In this document: in pieces, positions 7,902-19,515 of the stretch
How positions within the stretch are numbered: the stretch's first letter is position 1
Layout: each line of letters opens with the position of its first letter
DNA from: Bythopirellula sp.
GTDB lineage: Bacteria > Planctomycetota > Planctomycetia > Pirellulales > Lacipirellulaceae
Assembly (NCBI GenBank): GCA_965216565.1
Contig: OZ244170.1
Coordinates: 3,456,001 to 3,520,000 of the forward strand
Length of the DNA: 64,000 bases
Direction of reading: 5' to 3'
Notes under the pieces: model-generated
What the model was told of the DNA's origin: nothing
The model's input: only the letters and a program-made list of their open reading frames with translations
Databases searched by the model: none
Position numbers and translations under genes: made by a program

Positions 7902-10202
7902 ATGACTGAGCCCGTTACGGATAGGCCCTCCCAGGTATGGCCACTCGCAAATTGGGTCGTAGCGAAACGAAGTTGGCTGCTAATTGTCGGCTTGGTCGTA
8001 GCAGCTTACTGCGCCTACCTGGGTACAGGGTTGCATCTGGACCATTCAGTAGAAGACCTCTTTGCCGAATCGGACCCCATCCTCCAACCCTACCGACAAT
8101 TGCAAGAGTCGTTCGGCCGAAATGACATTCTGCTCGCCGTGTATGAGGAGCCCGATCTCAAGACGGATGCGGGACAGCAGCGCATCAAGCAACTTACCGA
8201 AACCATTCGCGAGGTCCCAGGAGTCGTAGGGGCGGTCTCCCTGATGGACCTACCATCTGCCGCAGATTTTTCTGATACAGTACGTGGCGAGAAATTCCGC
8301 AAGGTGTTTACTGGTTACACCCACAACAAGAATCATAATATCGCCGGTGTGATTTGTTTGCTCGATGTTTCCACAGGCGGACTTCAGGCACGGCGAGATA
8401 CTTTGAGCCAAGTGAGGGGAATAGTCACCGCTCTGCCCTCTGGCACCTTGGTGGGGGAAACAGTGATCTTGCAAGAGGCTTTCGATTTACTCGAAGCTGA
8501 CGGTCAGCGACTCAATACGTGGTGCACCGTTTTGCTGCTGGCAGTTGTGTGGATTTGCTTCCGCAGCTGGCGTTGGCTTGCGCTAACCTTCGTTGTGGTG
8601 CAGATGACGCTCGCGCTTACACGGGGCCTATTGGTTGCCCTGGGTTTGCAGTTGACGATGGTTAGCTCCATGCTCGCTGCCATTGTAACGGTCGTGAGCG
8701 TAGCGATGGTGATTCACGTGATTGTTCGGTTCCGTGCGGGAATCAGCCGGGGGCTAACGCGGCAAGAATCGCTAACACATACCATGCAAATCTTAGCATG
8801 GCCCGTTTTCTTTGCTTGCCTCACTGATGCCGCGGGCTTCGCAGCGTTGATGATTTCTCAGGTAGGTCCCATTCAAGACTTTGGACTCATGATGGCTCTA
8901 GGCAGCATGACGGTCTTAGTGAGTGCGGTTCTCGCCGTACCGGGAATCGTGCTGCTGGGCAGTGTGGGCTCAACTCCAAAACCTACCTCAGCAAGTACAG
9001 GACTGAAAGACAGTTTGGTTCGACTGCTAAACTGGGCGACTACGCATCGCACAAAACTTCTTTCCGGCGGGGCCACCCTTTCGCTCGTTGCCGCCCTAGG
9101 ATGTCCATTGCTGCAAGTGGAAACAGATTTCACCAAGAACTTTCATCGCGAGAGTGATCTGCTGAAGGGCTATGGCTATGTCGAGGATCGTTTCGGTGGC
9201 GCAGGCGTTTGGGACATTTTGATTCCCATCGATCAGCCGCCCAATAAGAAGTTTCTGTTAGACGTGCTCGCCTTGGAGCGAAAGCTGGAAGACCAAGTTG
9301 AAAATGTCAGCAGTGCCATTTCATTGGCCGATGCAATTGACGCCGGTACCGCGGGACTCGATAAGATCGGACTCTTGGCCGGAACGGCGGTACGCAGTTC
9401 GATCAGTCTCATGCGAGCGAGAATACCAACCTTCGTCGAAGCGATCTACTATCCGGCCGAACCGCAGCAACCGGGACTAGTGCGAATCATGCTCCGTAGT
9501 CCAGAGCGTCTGCCTGCGGAGGCCAAATTGGAAGTGATAGAGGAAGTCCGACGTTTAACGCGCGAAAGTTTCCCTCATGCTGAAGTCACGGGCTACTACG
9601 TGCTGCTGACAAGCTTGGTCGACAGCCTGCTCGGCGATCAGTGGACCACTTTTGCCGTAGCTGCAGTGGCGATTCTGGCAATGATGTCGCTGGCTTTCGG
9701 TAGTTTTCGACTCGCGGTAGTGACACTAATCCCCAACGCACTGCCGGTGTTGTGGGTGTTTGGTGCAATGGGACTTCTGGGAATCCGCATGAACATGGGC
9801 GCGGCGATGATTGCTGCCGTTTCGTTGGGGCTATCGGTCGACGGTTCGATTCACTACGTCACTTCATTCTTGCGCGAACGCCAATCGGGGGCGTCAGTCA
9901 CCGTAGCACTAGAGCGCGTACAAAGTACCGTGGGCTTAGCAGCCGTACTGGCCACGCTGGCATTGGTGATAGGCTTTGCCACCTTGTGCATCAGCGAATT
10001 CCTGCCCACCGTCTACTTCGGCACACTGGTCAGCCTCTCGATGCTCGGCGGACTGGTGGGCAACTTAATAGTGCTGCCAATTCTCATTCAGGCAGTTGAA
10101 AAGAACCCCCAAGAAGATACTACAGTCGGCGATGCTCGCATTCAACCGCATCTCAACGGGCATTTGGGACAATCGGTTCACTCAGACCAACTGAAGCTTT
10201 AG
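7902..10202 (+). CDS. MMPL/RND-family exporter
   Basis: Two repeats of TM1 + periplasmic loop + 5 TMs; GLSVDGSIH motif; LTDAAGF. Confidence 0.85.
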   Translation: MTEPVTDRPSQVWPLANWVVAKRSWLLIVGLVVAAYCAYLGTGLHLDHSVEDLFAESDPILQPYRQLQESFGRNDILLAVYEEPDLKTDAGQQRIKQLTETIREVPGVVGAVSLMDLPSAADFSDTVRGEKFRKVFTGYTHNKNHNIAGVICLLDVSTGGLQARRDTLSQVRGIVTALPSGTLVGETVILQEAFDLLEADGQRLNTWCTVLLLAVVWICFRSWRWLALTFVVVQMTLALTRGLLVALGLQLTMVSSMLAAIVTVVSVAMVIHVIVRFRAGISRGLTRQESLTHTMQILAWPVFFACLTDAAGFAALMISQVGPIQDFGLMMALGSMTVLVSAVLAVPGIVLLGSVGSTPKPTSASTGLKDSLVRLLNWATTHRTKLLSGGATLSLVAALGCPLLQVETDFTKNFHRESDLLKGYGYVEDRFGGAGVWDILIPIDQPPNKKFLLDVLALERKLEDQVENVSSAISLADAIDAGTAGLDKIGLLAGTAVRSSISLMRARIPTFVEAIYYPAEPQQPGLVRIMLRSPERLPAEAKLEVIEEVRRLTRESFPHAEVTGYYVLLTSLVDSLLGDQWTTFAVAAVAILAMMSLAFGSFRLAVVTLIPNALPVLWVFGAMGLLGIRMNMGAAMIAAVSLGLSVDGSIHYVTSFLRERQSGASVTVALERVQSTVGLAAVLATLALVIGFATLCISEFLPTVYFGTLVSLSMLGGLVGNLIVLPILIQAVEKNPQEDTTVGDARIQPHLNGHLGQSVHSDQLKL

Positions 10203-10220
10203 AACCTGCTAACAGTTAGT

Positions 10221-10251
10221 CTCTGCGAACTTTGCGATCTCTGCGGTTCAA
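10221..10251. repeat. 9-nt-periodic repeat arm
   Basis: CTCTGCGAA-CTTTGCGAT-CTCTGCGGT-TCAA, directly after the MMPL stop. Confidence 0.6.
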
Positions 10252-10327
10252 CTATTGCTGAGTTGAATCTAGAAACCTGAACAGATCGTGGAGGACATAG
10301 ACCTTCCTAGCAAACAAACTCAAGCAA

Positions 10328-12688
10328 TTAGTTCCCAACTAACCCAGCATCCGGCGACAGCGTATACATCAACACATTCAGCCCAATGCGGGCGGCGTCT
10401 TTGCGGGTATAGCCACGGCACTCGAGCGCCTCGTGTTGTTCCAAGGCGCAACTGATATCATAGGGTGAAAACACTACCGCCCACCGGTCATCGATTTTGA
10501 TACCTTCCAACTCGGGCTCAACTTTGCGCACCCTGGCACGGAGCGGTTCATCGGCTTGTTGCGCAACGGGATCGCGGCGTTCTACTTGACTTATGTCAAA
10601 ACCACCGGCTGCGTTGGAAAAAATGGGATCGCTTGCCGGAATGCGTTGTAGATTTGCGGAAGGTATTACAGCTTTGATCTCGCGACGGAACGCTTTGACA
10701 AACTCTTCGCTCGCACAAATGGCATCCGCCATCAGAGTTCCACCGTTTTCCAAATAGGCTCGCAAATTGTCCCGTTCGCTAGGTGTGAACCGGAAATCGT
10801 GCCTGCCGTGCATAAACGCCAGGATGAACCGCTTGAGGTTTTCATCGCTCGCCTTTAAGGGAAACTCGCTGGTGTTGATCTGAAGTTTGAGATCTCCCTG
10901 GGCCGCTGCGCGGAGCAAGTTTACCAGAGCACCAGGTGCATCGTTGCATCCGCCGCCGTGCTGGAGCTTCGCAATTTGAATGGTGCCGCGACTGTCGGCT
11001 GCATCGAGCGCTGCAATATCAGACAGATCCACGAACGCCGCCTCCTTGCCCTTGGGTTCGCGATTGGTGGCATAGGCCAATACGTTCACGCCCACGGCCA
11101 TGGCATCGTCTAAGCGATTCTGGGTAATCTTCGGCATGCCAAGTTCCCGCCCGGTGCCATAGAGTTCCCAGTAGCAGGAGAGATCGATTTCAGAAAACAC
11201 CATGCAAGTTCGGCAACCGTATTCCACGGTCCAAATACGGCCTGCATAGGGAGACTCCGGCCGTACCAGTTCTTCTACTCGCCACAAGGGATGCTCGGGT
11301 CCGGCACGCCGCAAGTCGTATTCCTGTTCGGGAAAGACTCGATTAACGAATTTGCGAATCTCCTTTTCAAATTGCGTTCCATCGACACAACATGCCTCTG
11401 AAAACAAAAAACCACCACGGTCGAGATAGTCGCGAATCTTTTTCGCCTGCCCGTCGAGATTGGGTGTGCGACTCCCGCTGAGCAAAAGCACCGGTGCCTG
11501 CAAGAGATCGTCGACCGAAGAATCCTCCAAATCGACGATCTGCCAAGTCATGTCGAGATCCCACAACTTCTCGGCTCTGGCGGTGAGATGGGCGACGTCA
11601 CTCTCATGGTTGTTCCAGTCATCCCCTGGTTCGTGCTTGAGTTTCGCCACGAGAACGGGACGTCGGCCTTTGGACAAAAACAGCAGGGCATATGAGGTAA
11701 CCACATGAGGATTGTCTTCCGAGTGTCCCGAACCAATCCAATAATGATTAAATGGATCCTGCTGACGGACGAGAAACTCAGCTCCTTCGCGATACCAGTC
11801 GTGCCCGCCAATCATACGGCGAGCTGTAAGGCGCCCAACACGTTCCAGTCCGTACAGATAGTAGTAGTGCCAGACTGCCCCACCACCGCCACGACGTCCA
11901 GGATTGCGTCGCACCGAAAAGTTTCTACCCAGCCAACCAAGTGCTCGTTCTAGCGAATCGTTTTCTTCCTGTGGCTGGCAGCAGCGGACCAATCCATTCT
12001 TCACTTCTGCGTTGGGCGGATTTACTCTGCCCGCACAAATGACCGTAGCGCCGATCCCGGCACAAGTCATGCTCGCAAGTCCCTCGGTCCAACCCGATTG
12101 ATAACCCCAGGAGCCGTCCGCATTTTGACAACCGGCCCAATACTCCGCCGCGCGACGCCAAGTGGCGGGATCGACTTTGGCGCCGGCACGCTCAGCTTCG
12201 TGGAGCGCGAGCACAGCAAACTGCGTGTTGCTATTATCGCCGCCACCTCCGGGGTAGGACCACAAACCGGCGGGGAGCTGATTGGTTTCCAACCAACGGA
12301 CCGATTCCTGGATTGCCAATCTGTCGCGATTAGGTTCGGCTGCGCAAAGCACCATGGTGCGGAGGGCAACGCTATAGGTCTTTTTGAGCTCAACTTTACG
12401 GAGCATTTTGAGCGCGTCTTGAATGACCGGATCGCTAGGTGGCACACCACAATTGAGCAGGGCCAATGTACACAAGGCCGTGACTCCGCCCTCGTACTGG
12501 GCCACATCGTTCCAGGTACCTCGATTGCTCTGCTGGCTCTTGAGATATTTCACGCCTTGGTCGATCGACTCGCGCACCATCTCGGCCGTCACGGGCCCTT
12601 GATCCTGAGCCAAGGCTGGAGCCAGCCAAAACAGAAAACAGGCGGCAAACCCAGCTCTGAAGGCAATCTTTCTCAGCGAACGTTCCAT
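10328..12688 (-). CDS. Secreted protein: prenyltransferase/squalene-cyclase-like barrel plus two DUF4159 domains
   Basis: Signal peptide (ALA-Q); QW-like repeats (QQSNRGTW, CQNADGSWGY), YYYLYGLER; two domains with YLxxGGxL(F/M)xxAxC and G(V/L)NVLxY. Confidence 0.8.
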   Translation of the reverse strand: MERSLRKIAFRAGFAACFLFWLAPALAQDQGPVTAEMVRESIDQGVKYLKSQQSNRGTWNDVAQYEGGVTALCTLALLNCGVPPSDPVIQDALKMLRKVELKKTYSVALRTMVLCAAEPNRDRLAIQESVRWLETNQLPAGLWSYPGGGGDNSNTQFAVLALHEAERAGAKVDPATWRRAAEYWAGCQNADGSWGYQSGWTEGLASMTCAGIGATVICAGRVNPPNAEVKNGLVRCCQPQEENDSLERALGWLGRNFSVRRNPGRRGGGGAVWHYYYLYGLERVGRLTARRMIGGHDWYREGAEFLVRQQDPFNHYWIGSGHSEDNPHVVTSYALLFLSKGRRPVLVAKLKHEPGDDWNNHESDVAHLTARAEKLWDLDMTWQIVDLEDSSVDDLLQAPVLLLSGSRTPNLDGQAKKIRDYLDRGGFLFSEACCVDGTQFEKEIRKFVNRVFPEQEYDLRRAGPEHPLWRVEELVRPESPYAGRIWTVEYGCRTCMVFSEIDLSCYWELYGTGRELGMPKITQNRLDDAMAVGVNVLAYATNREPKGKEAAFVDLSDIAALDAADSRGTIQIAKLQHGGGCNDAPGALVNLLRAAAQGDLKLQINTSEFPLKASDENLKRFILAFMHGRHDFRFTPSERDNLRAYLENGGTLMADAICASEEFVKAFRREIKAVIPSANLQRIPASDPIFSNAAGGFDISQVERRDPVAQQADEPLRARVRKVEPELEGIKIDDRWAVVFSPYDISCALEQHEALECRGYTRKDAARIGLNVLMYTLSPDAGLVGN

Positions 12689-12892
12689 GCGTTTGATGCG
12701 AATCCTAATTCGTGCGAAAAGCCAAAAGTCTAACTGTATCGTAAGGTGCGATAGCTAGGGAAACAATGCGCACGAATGCCCTACATTGTCGGTTCCTTCC
12801 TGCAGCTATAGAATTATCGTTGCAAAGCGAGCTTCCAGCTGGCCAACGAAATTCATCGACCAAAGCCAATTCAGATATCTAAGGATGACACT

Positions 12893-13915
<1,023 letters not shown>

Positions 13916-13968
13916 GCAGCGGGCTGCATGAAAGTAAACCACAAAGGCACGAAGAACACAAAGGAAGG

Positions 13969-14049
13969 GACAGGATTACAGGATTGGCAAAATCAACGGG
14001 ATTCTCTTGATACCTATCCTGTTAATCCAGCCAATCTTGTCATCCTGTC
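13969..14049. repeat. 34-bp imperfect inverted repeat with 13-nt loop (CAGGAT-periodic), inside the moxR operon
   Basis: Arm 13969-14002 versus reverse complement of 14016-14049: 27/34 identical by manual alignment. Confidence 0.8.
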
Positions 14050-14086
14050 AAAATGTCTGAGTGGCCCCAGTGGTAGTTAAGACGAC

Positions 14087-14983
14087 ATGTCTACTGTCGA
14101 AAAGTATTTAAAACCCGAAGTAATCCGCCAGATTTCGCGGCTGGATCTGCGCGCTCAGTTCATTGTAAAAGGATTTCTTCAGGGACTTCATGCCAGCCCT
14201 TTCCACGGTTTCTCGGTCGAGTTCAGCGAGCATCGTAAGTACGCTCCCGGCGACAATCCCGACGACATCGACTGGCTGGTTTACGCTAAAACAGACAAGT
14301 ACTACGTCAAGAAATTCGAAGCGGAAACAAACCTCACTGGCTACCTGGTGATGGACCTGAGCGCGTCGATGGCTTACACGCACTCGCAAGAGCTGAGCAA
14401 ATTCGAATACTCCATTTGCCTGGCGGCAGCGCTGTGTTATCTGATGATCCACCAGCAAGATCCGGTAGGGCTGGTCACCTTTGGCGAACGCATCGTCGAC
14501 AGCCTCGCACCAAAGTCCAAGCGACAGCAGATTGGCAATATTCTATCGCTACTCGCCAGGCTTGAGCCAAAGGACAAAACCAACGTTGCCCAAAGCCTTT
14601 CCCAACTGGCAGCTATGCTCAAGCACAGTAGCTTGGTGATGATATTTAGCGATCTGCTGGTCGATCCGGAACCGGTGATCGCTTCGCTACGTCAACTAAG
14701 GCATGGGGGTCACGACGTGATTTTGTTTCACGTTCTCGATCAAGCAGAGGTCGCTTTTCCATTCGAGGGCTTGGTGGAACTCCGCGATCCGGAGACGGGC
14801 GATGTGCTAGAAGTTGATGCCGATGCTTATCGACGCGATTACTTAGAAGAAATCGAAGGCTTTCGCACCCTGTACGCCAAGGAATGCCGTCAAAGCCACA
14901 TCGACTATGTACCACTAGATACTAGCATGCCGTTCGATCGAGCACTGACCGAATACCTCGCCAACCGTAGAAGCTGGGGGTAG
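14087..14983 (+). CDS. DUF58 / vWA-like protein
   Basis: GLHASPFHGFSVEFSEHRKY.PGD, DLSASM, IFSDLL. Confidence 0.92.
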   Translation: MSTVEKYLKPEVIRQISRLDLRAQFIVKGFLQGLHASPFHGFSVEFSEHRKYAPGDNPDDIDWLVYAKTDKYYVKKFEAETNLTGYLVMDLSASMAYTHSQELSKFEYSICLAAALCYLMIHQQDPVGLVTFGERIVDSLAPKSKRQQIGNILSLLARLEPKDKTNVAQSLSQLAAMLKHSSLVMIFSDLLVDPEPVIASLRQLRHGGHDVILFHVLDQAEVAFPFEGLVELRDPETGDVLEVDADAYRRDYLEEIEGFRTLYAKECRQSHIDYVPLDTSMPFDRALTEYLANRRSWG

Positions 14984-15068
14984 AAATGGGGCCCTCTTCC
15001 CCGGTAGGGAGGGCGGTTTAGATGACAGATTGAACTCACAACTCAATACTCATCACTCAAAACTCTTT

Positions 15069-17201
15069 ATGGGATTCCTCACACCAGCCTTGCTTGCCGG
15101 AACGGCGCTCGTTGCCGTGCCGATTGTGTTGCATCTCATCATGCGTCGTGAACCGCGTCGGCTCGTGTTTCCCGCGCTACAGTTTATTCAACAACGTCAG
15201 CACGCAAATCGTCGCCGCCTCAATCTGCGACATTGGCTCTTGCTGGCTCTGCGCTGTGCGTTGATCGCCGGTATTGCTTTCGCACTTGCCAGACCAACGC
15301 TGAAAGGCAGTGGTCTGCGCGGCAAAGAAGGCGCACCCCTCGCTGTAGCCCTAGTCGTCGACAACTCGCTACGGATGCAATACATCCACGAGAACCAAAC
15401 CAGACAGCAGGCGGCATTGGAAATGGCCCAGGCGCTCGTTACCAAGCTCCCCGAGGATGCTCAAGTGGCGATCCTTGATCTTGGCCGTTCCTCGAGTGGC
15501 TTTGTTGTTGACCTGAGCACTGCTGAGTCGCGATTACAAAACATGACGCCCTCGGCTAACGTCCGACCGCTGGAAGACGCCGTGCAAGAAGCCTTCGAAC
15601 TTGTTGCCGACCGAGAGGACTACCGCCAAGAAGTTTTTGTATTTAGTGACATGAGCACTGCCGCCTGGAATGAAACGGCGCAACAATCGATCAACAAGCT
15701 ACTCACCGATTCGCCCGAGATCAGGCTCTACTTGGTAGATCTCTCCAGCCCTAAGGTCAACAATTTGTCGCTGGATCCTTTGCAAATCCGGCGCAGCTCG
15801 CTTCGCGCTGGCGAGCCGCTCCACCTGCGAGCGCCCGTTTCTGCGATTGGGAAAAGCGAGTCGCCGCTGATCGAACTCTATCTGCTCGATAGTAATGGTC
15901 AGCCCGTCAAACGGGGCCAGCGCATGGTGAACCTTTCTCCAGAAGGGACCGGAGAAGCAACCTTCGAACTTGCCGGCCTTTCGCTCGGTTCTCATCAAGG
16001 TTTTGTAAAGCTACCTGAAGCAGATCCTCTAGAAGTCGATAATACACGCTACTTCACGGTAGAAGTTCAGCCGCCTGCTCAGGTCTTGTTGCTTGCGGAG
16101 CGCGAGAGAGATGCGGTGTTTCTACGCGAGGCACTGCAACCCTCCCTAGCCGATGGGTCGGCACCCGCTCGATTCGATTGCAACGTAAAAAGATTTTCAG
16201 AAGCTACGAAGATTCAGTTAGATCAATACGATGCTATCTGTTTGCTCGATCCGCCCGACTTAAGCGAACCCCTGTGGAAAGCACTCGTCGACTATGCCGA
16301 CAACGGAGGTGGCATTGGGATTTTTCTCGGCCACCGTGCGCGAGCAGCTACTTTCAACAATAGCGCGGCGAATCAGCTACTGCCCGGGCCACTGAAACTC
16401 CGATCTCGTTATGCCACTTACTTGCGACCGCGAGGTCTAGATCATCCAGCGCTTGCCGGCTTGCGAGACTACGCTGAGGAAATTCCGTGGCAAGTGTACC
16501 CAGTCTGGCAGTTCTGGGAATTCGACGAGTTCGTGGGGAACACGTTTATCGTGGCCCACTTCGACAACAACCGCCCAGCTCTTTTGGAGCGTGCGTTGGG
16601 CCGCGGCCGCGTGATGACGTTGGCCACGCCGCTATCCGACCCACTCGAACCAAAGGATCGCGAGCCCTGGAATCTACTCCCCACCGGCCCCGAGCCGTGG
16701 CCCTTCTTAGCACTCAGCAATCAACTCGTAGGTTACCTGGCCCAACGAGGCAACGACCAGCACTCTTTCCAAGCTGGAGAAACCGTCAATCTCCAACTCT
16801 CGGCCAAGCAGCAGGTTTCTAGCTACGCGCTCTATCTGCCCTCGGGGGATTCCGTCCGGCGCAGCCTCCCGCCAGGTGACGATACGATTCGAATTGGAAC
16901 AACGGGCGACTTGGGGAATTACCGTGTGGCTGCGGGTGGACAAAACCGCCTTTTGGATCGCGGTTTTAGTATCAATCCTTCAGCAGACATCTCGCGACTG
17001 GAACGCATCGATGCGAAAGAGTTACTCGCAGCGCTTCCGAAAGATCAGGTCGAGATCGCTGCTAATTTGGGGGACGTCGAACGATTTGTCGACATCGGAC
17101 GCAGCGGCAGAGAACTTTTCCCCTGGGCTATTTCGCTGGTCGCTCTGGTCTGGGGGGCAGAACACTTACTTTCTAACCGCTTCTACCGGGAGGCGGCATG
17201 A
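15069..17201 (+). CDS. BatA-domain / vWA membrane protein
   Basis: N-terminal BatA motif (VPIVLHL..RR..FPAL.F; LLLALR..ALARP), vWA DNS motif, C-terminal TM. Confidence 0.85.
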   Translation: MGFLTPALLAGTALVAVPIVLHLIMRREPRRLVFPALQFIQQRQHANRRRLNLRHWLLLALRCALIAGIAFALARPTLKGSGLRGKEGAPLAVALVVDNSLRMQYIHENQTRQQAALEMAQALVTKLPEDAQVAILDLGRSSSGFVVDLSTAESRLQNMTPSANVRPLEDAVQEAFELVADREDYRQEVFVFSDMSTAAWNETAQQSINKLLTDSPEIRLYLVDLSSPKVNNLSLDPLQIRRSSLRAGEPLHLRAPVSAIGKSESPLIELYLLDSNGQPVKRGQRMVNLSPEGTGEATFELAGLSLGSHQGFVKLPEADPLEVDNTRYFTVEVQPPAQVLLLAERERDAVFLREALQPSLADGSAPARFDCNVKRFSEATKIQLDQYDAICLLDPPDLSEPLWKALVDYADNGGGIGIFLGHRARAATFNNSAANQLLPGPLKLRSRYATYLRPRGLDHPALAGLRDYAEEIPWQVYPVWQFWEFDEFVGNTFIVAHFDNNRPALLERALGRGRVMTLATPLSDPLEPKDREPWNLLPTGPEPWPFLALSNQLVGYLAQRGNDQHSFQAGETVNLQLSAKQQVSSYALYLPSGDSVRRSLPPGDDTIRIGTTGDLGNYRVAAGGQNRLLDRGFSINPSADISRLERIDAKELLAALPKDQVEIAANLGDVERFVDIGRSGRELFPWAISLVALVWGAEHLLSNRFYREAA

Positions 17202-19477
17202 ATACCTGGGGATTCGACCCGCTGGGAGGACCAACACTGCTGACGGTCTTGGCTGTGCTGATGGTTGGGGCGCTGTTTGTGGGACCCTCGGCCAAGAAAC
17301 TCAGCGGGAGAAAAAAACTCTGCCTGGCTGCCCTGCGTGGTGCTTCAGCGCTAATAATTCTGCTAGTTATGTTACGGCCCACGCTTGTAACAACCGAAAC
17401 CCGCAAACAGCCGGGTACCCTGCTAATGCTGGCCGATAGCTCTCGCAGTATGCAGATTGACGACTCGGTAGGCGATGCGTCGCGCTGGGCAACCCTCAAA
17501 GAAATGCTTGCTACGTCGAGCGAAGAATTAGCCGCTTTGGCGGAATCCTGGGATTTGAAACTCTACGAATTCGACCAAGAGATTCATCCCGTGCAAATAG
17601 AAGAGGGCCAGCCAAAACTTGCGGAAGATCCCGATGGTTCGGAGTCGGCAATTGGCTCAGCGCTCGACGACGCACTACAACGAGAAGCGCAGCAGAGAAT
17701 TGTGGCAGTCTTGCTAATGAGCGACGGTGCCCAGCGCGCGTTCGCCCCGCGCGATATGCCTCCGCAATCGGCTGCACGACGGTTGGCTGTTGACCAGATC
17801 CCCCTCTATACCTTTACCTTCGGCAAACCCGCGCTGGGCCTGCAGTCGGACCTCCGTATTGACGACATGTTGGTGAGCGATGTTGTATTTGCCGAAACCC
17901 CGGCCGATGTGCAAGTCGTATTGGGCGCCGATGGCTATACGAACCAATCATTCAATGTCCAGTTGTTGTGGGAATCGCTGGAAGGTGAGATGGAAGTTGT
18001 CGATGCCGAGCAAGTCACGGTGAAAAACAATAGCCGACGGATTCCCATCACGTTGAATCACACGCCGGTAGAACCGGGCGAGTATAAAGTCACGGTTCAG
18101 GTGGAATCACCCGAGGGAGAACTCGCCACCACCAATAATCAGCAAAGCACTTTTGTCACTGTCCTCAAGGGAGGCGTGAATGTGCTGTACGTGGCGGGCT
18201 CGGCACGCGTGGGGGGTGGCCCTGGAATCGAACCCAGGTTCGTGCGGAGTGCCTTAGCGCCCCATGCCGACATCAACTTGCGATACGACCTGCTCGACTA
18301 TCGTCGCCAAAGAATCAGCTTTAGCGAGCAACTGCGTGAAGGCAAATACGATGTTTTTCTACTAGGCAACGTCGATTCCTCGGCCTTCGATAAAGCTACT
18401 TGGCGAAAAATTGCCGAGGACGTCGACCGCGGCGCCGGATTGGCAATGCTCGGTGGGTTTCATAGTTTTGGTCCAGGCGGATATCGTGGCACGCCATTAG
18501 AAAGAGCCTTGCCGGTGATCATGGGCAAGGCGGAGCGTCAAAACTTCGGCGAACCACCGCGACAGGATATGCATATCCCAGGACCCGTTCGATTTGTACC
18601 CGTAGAGCTTGGTGGACAGCTGCACCCCATCCTGCAAATCGAGACGGACGAGACACAATCGTTTGATTGGGCTCAATTGCCGCCGCTGCCGGGAGCCAAC
18701 CGCATAGAACGCTCGCGGCTGAGACCCAATGCTCAGGTCATCGCAGAAACTTCCGATGCACGCCGCTGGCCACTTATGGTGACCGGGGCCTGGGGAAGTG
18801 GGCGGACAGTGGCTCTTGCCATCGACTCAACCTGGCGCTGGCAGATGGAGGGCTTCGGCAATGTTCAGCAACGTTTTTGGCGGCAACTTGTGTTATGGCT
18901 AGCTCGCAAGGATGACACCGATGCCGAGGCCGTGTGGGTTCGGCTCGATGGTCGCCGGTATCAGCGTGGCAGTCGCGTGGAATTCTCATTGGGCGTGAAT
19001 GACGAGCAACGCAACGCAATTGACAACGCCGCTTTCGAAGTCCAGATCGAAAAGCCGGATGGCTCTACGGTGAGTGTCGTTCCTAGCCCTCGGGGGGATA
19101 ATCTCGCTGGCAGCTTTACCGAAACCGACCTGCCCGGTGACTATCGGGTGACGGTGGCCGCCTCAGCGGGAGGCAACGTTCTCGGCTCGGCACAAGCACG
19201 ATTCACGGTCCCCGACCGCGATATGGAACTCGATCAACCCGCCGCAGAGCCGACCCTCATGGCATCGCTCGCCAATCTCACCGCCGAAGCGGGCGGCTCA
19301 GGACTTGCTCCCGAGGAATTTCCCTCCTTGCTAGAGCAACTCAAAAAACGCACCAAGGAATTCGAAGAAGAGATCACCCGCAAGCGTTCGCTCTGGGATA
19401 CGTGGCCCGTGTTGCTCGCGCTAGTGGCCATTCTCAGTGGCGAATGGTATTTGCGAAAACGGTGGGGGCTTGTGTGA
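17198..19477 (+). CDS. vWA + class I glutamine-amidotransferase-like membrane protein
   Basis: MIDAS DSSRSM...SDG; GLAMLGG.HSFG.GGY; G.GR...DSTWRW; C-terminal EWYLRKRWGL; ATGA overlap with the upstream gene. Confidence 0.82.
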   Translation: MNTWGFDPLGGPTLLTVLAVLMVGALFVGPSAKKLSGRKKLCLAALRGASALIILLVMLRPTLVTTETRKQPGTLLMLADSSRSMQIDDSVGDASRWATLKEMLATSSEELAALAESWDLKLYEFDQEIHPVQIEEGQPKLAEDPDGSESAIGSALDDALQREAQQRIVAVLLMSDGAQRAFAPRDMPPQSAARRLAVDQIPLYTFTFGKPALGLQSDLRIDDMLVSDVVFAETPADVQVVLGADGYTNQSFNVQLLWESLEGEMEVVDAEQVTVKNNSRRIPITLNHTPVEPGEYKVTVQVESPEGELATTNNQQSTFVTVLKGGVNVLYVAGSARVGGGPGIEPRFVRSALAPHADINLRYDLLDYRRQRISFSEQLREGKYDVFLLGNVDSSAFDKATWRKIAEDVDRGAGLAMLGGFHSFGPGGYRGTPLERALPVIMGKAERQNFGEPPRQDMHIPGPVRFVPVELGGQLHPILQIETDETQSFDWAQLPPLPGANRIERSRLRPNAQVIAETSDARRWPLMVTGAWGSGRTVALAIDSTWRWQMEGFGNVQQRFWRQLVLWLARKDDTDAEAVWVRLDGRRYQRGSRVEFSLGVNDEQRNAIDNAAFEVQIEKPDGSTVSVVPSPRGDNLAGSFTETDLPGDYRVTVAASAGGNVLGSAQARFTVPDRDMELDQPAAEPTLMASLANLTAEAGGSGLAPEEFPSLLEQLKKRTKEFEEEITRKRSLWDTWPVLLALVAILSGEWYLRKRWGLV

Positions 19478-19515
19478 CAAACTAGAAATCTAGCATTGAC
19501 CCGAGAAACAATTCT

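Noticed and set aside
10328..12688. Squalene-hopene cyclase with the MMPL as hopanoid exporter
   Set aside because: The protein is exported, has only a partial barrel and lacks the DxDD motif; no hpn genes are nearby.
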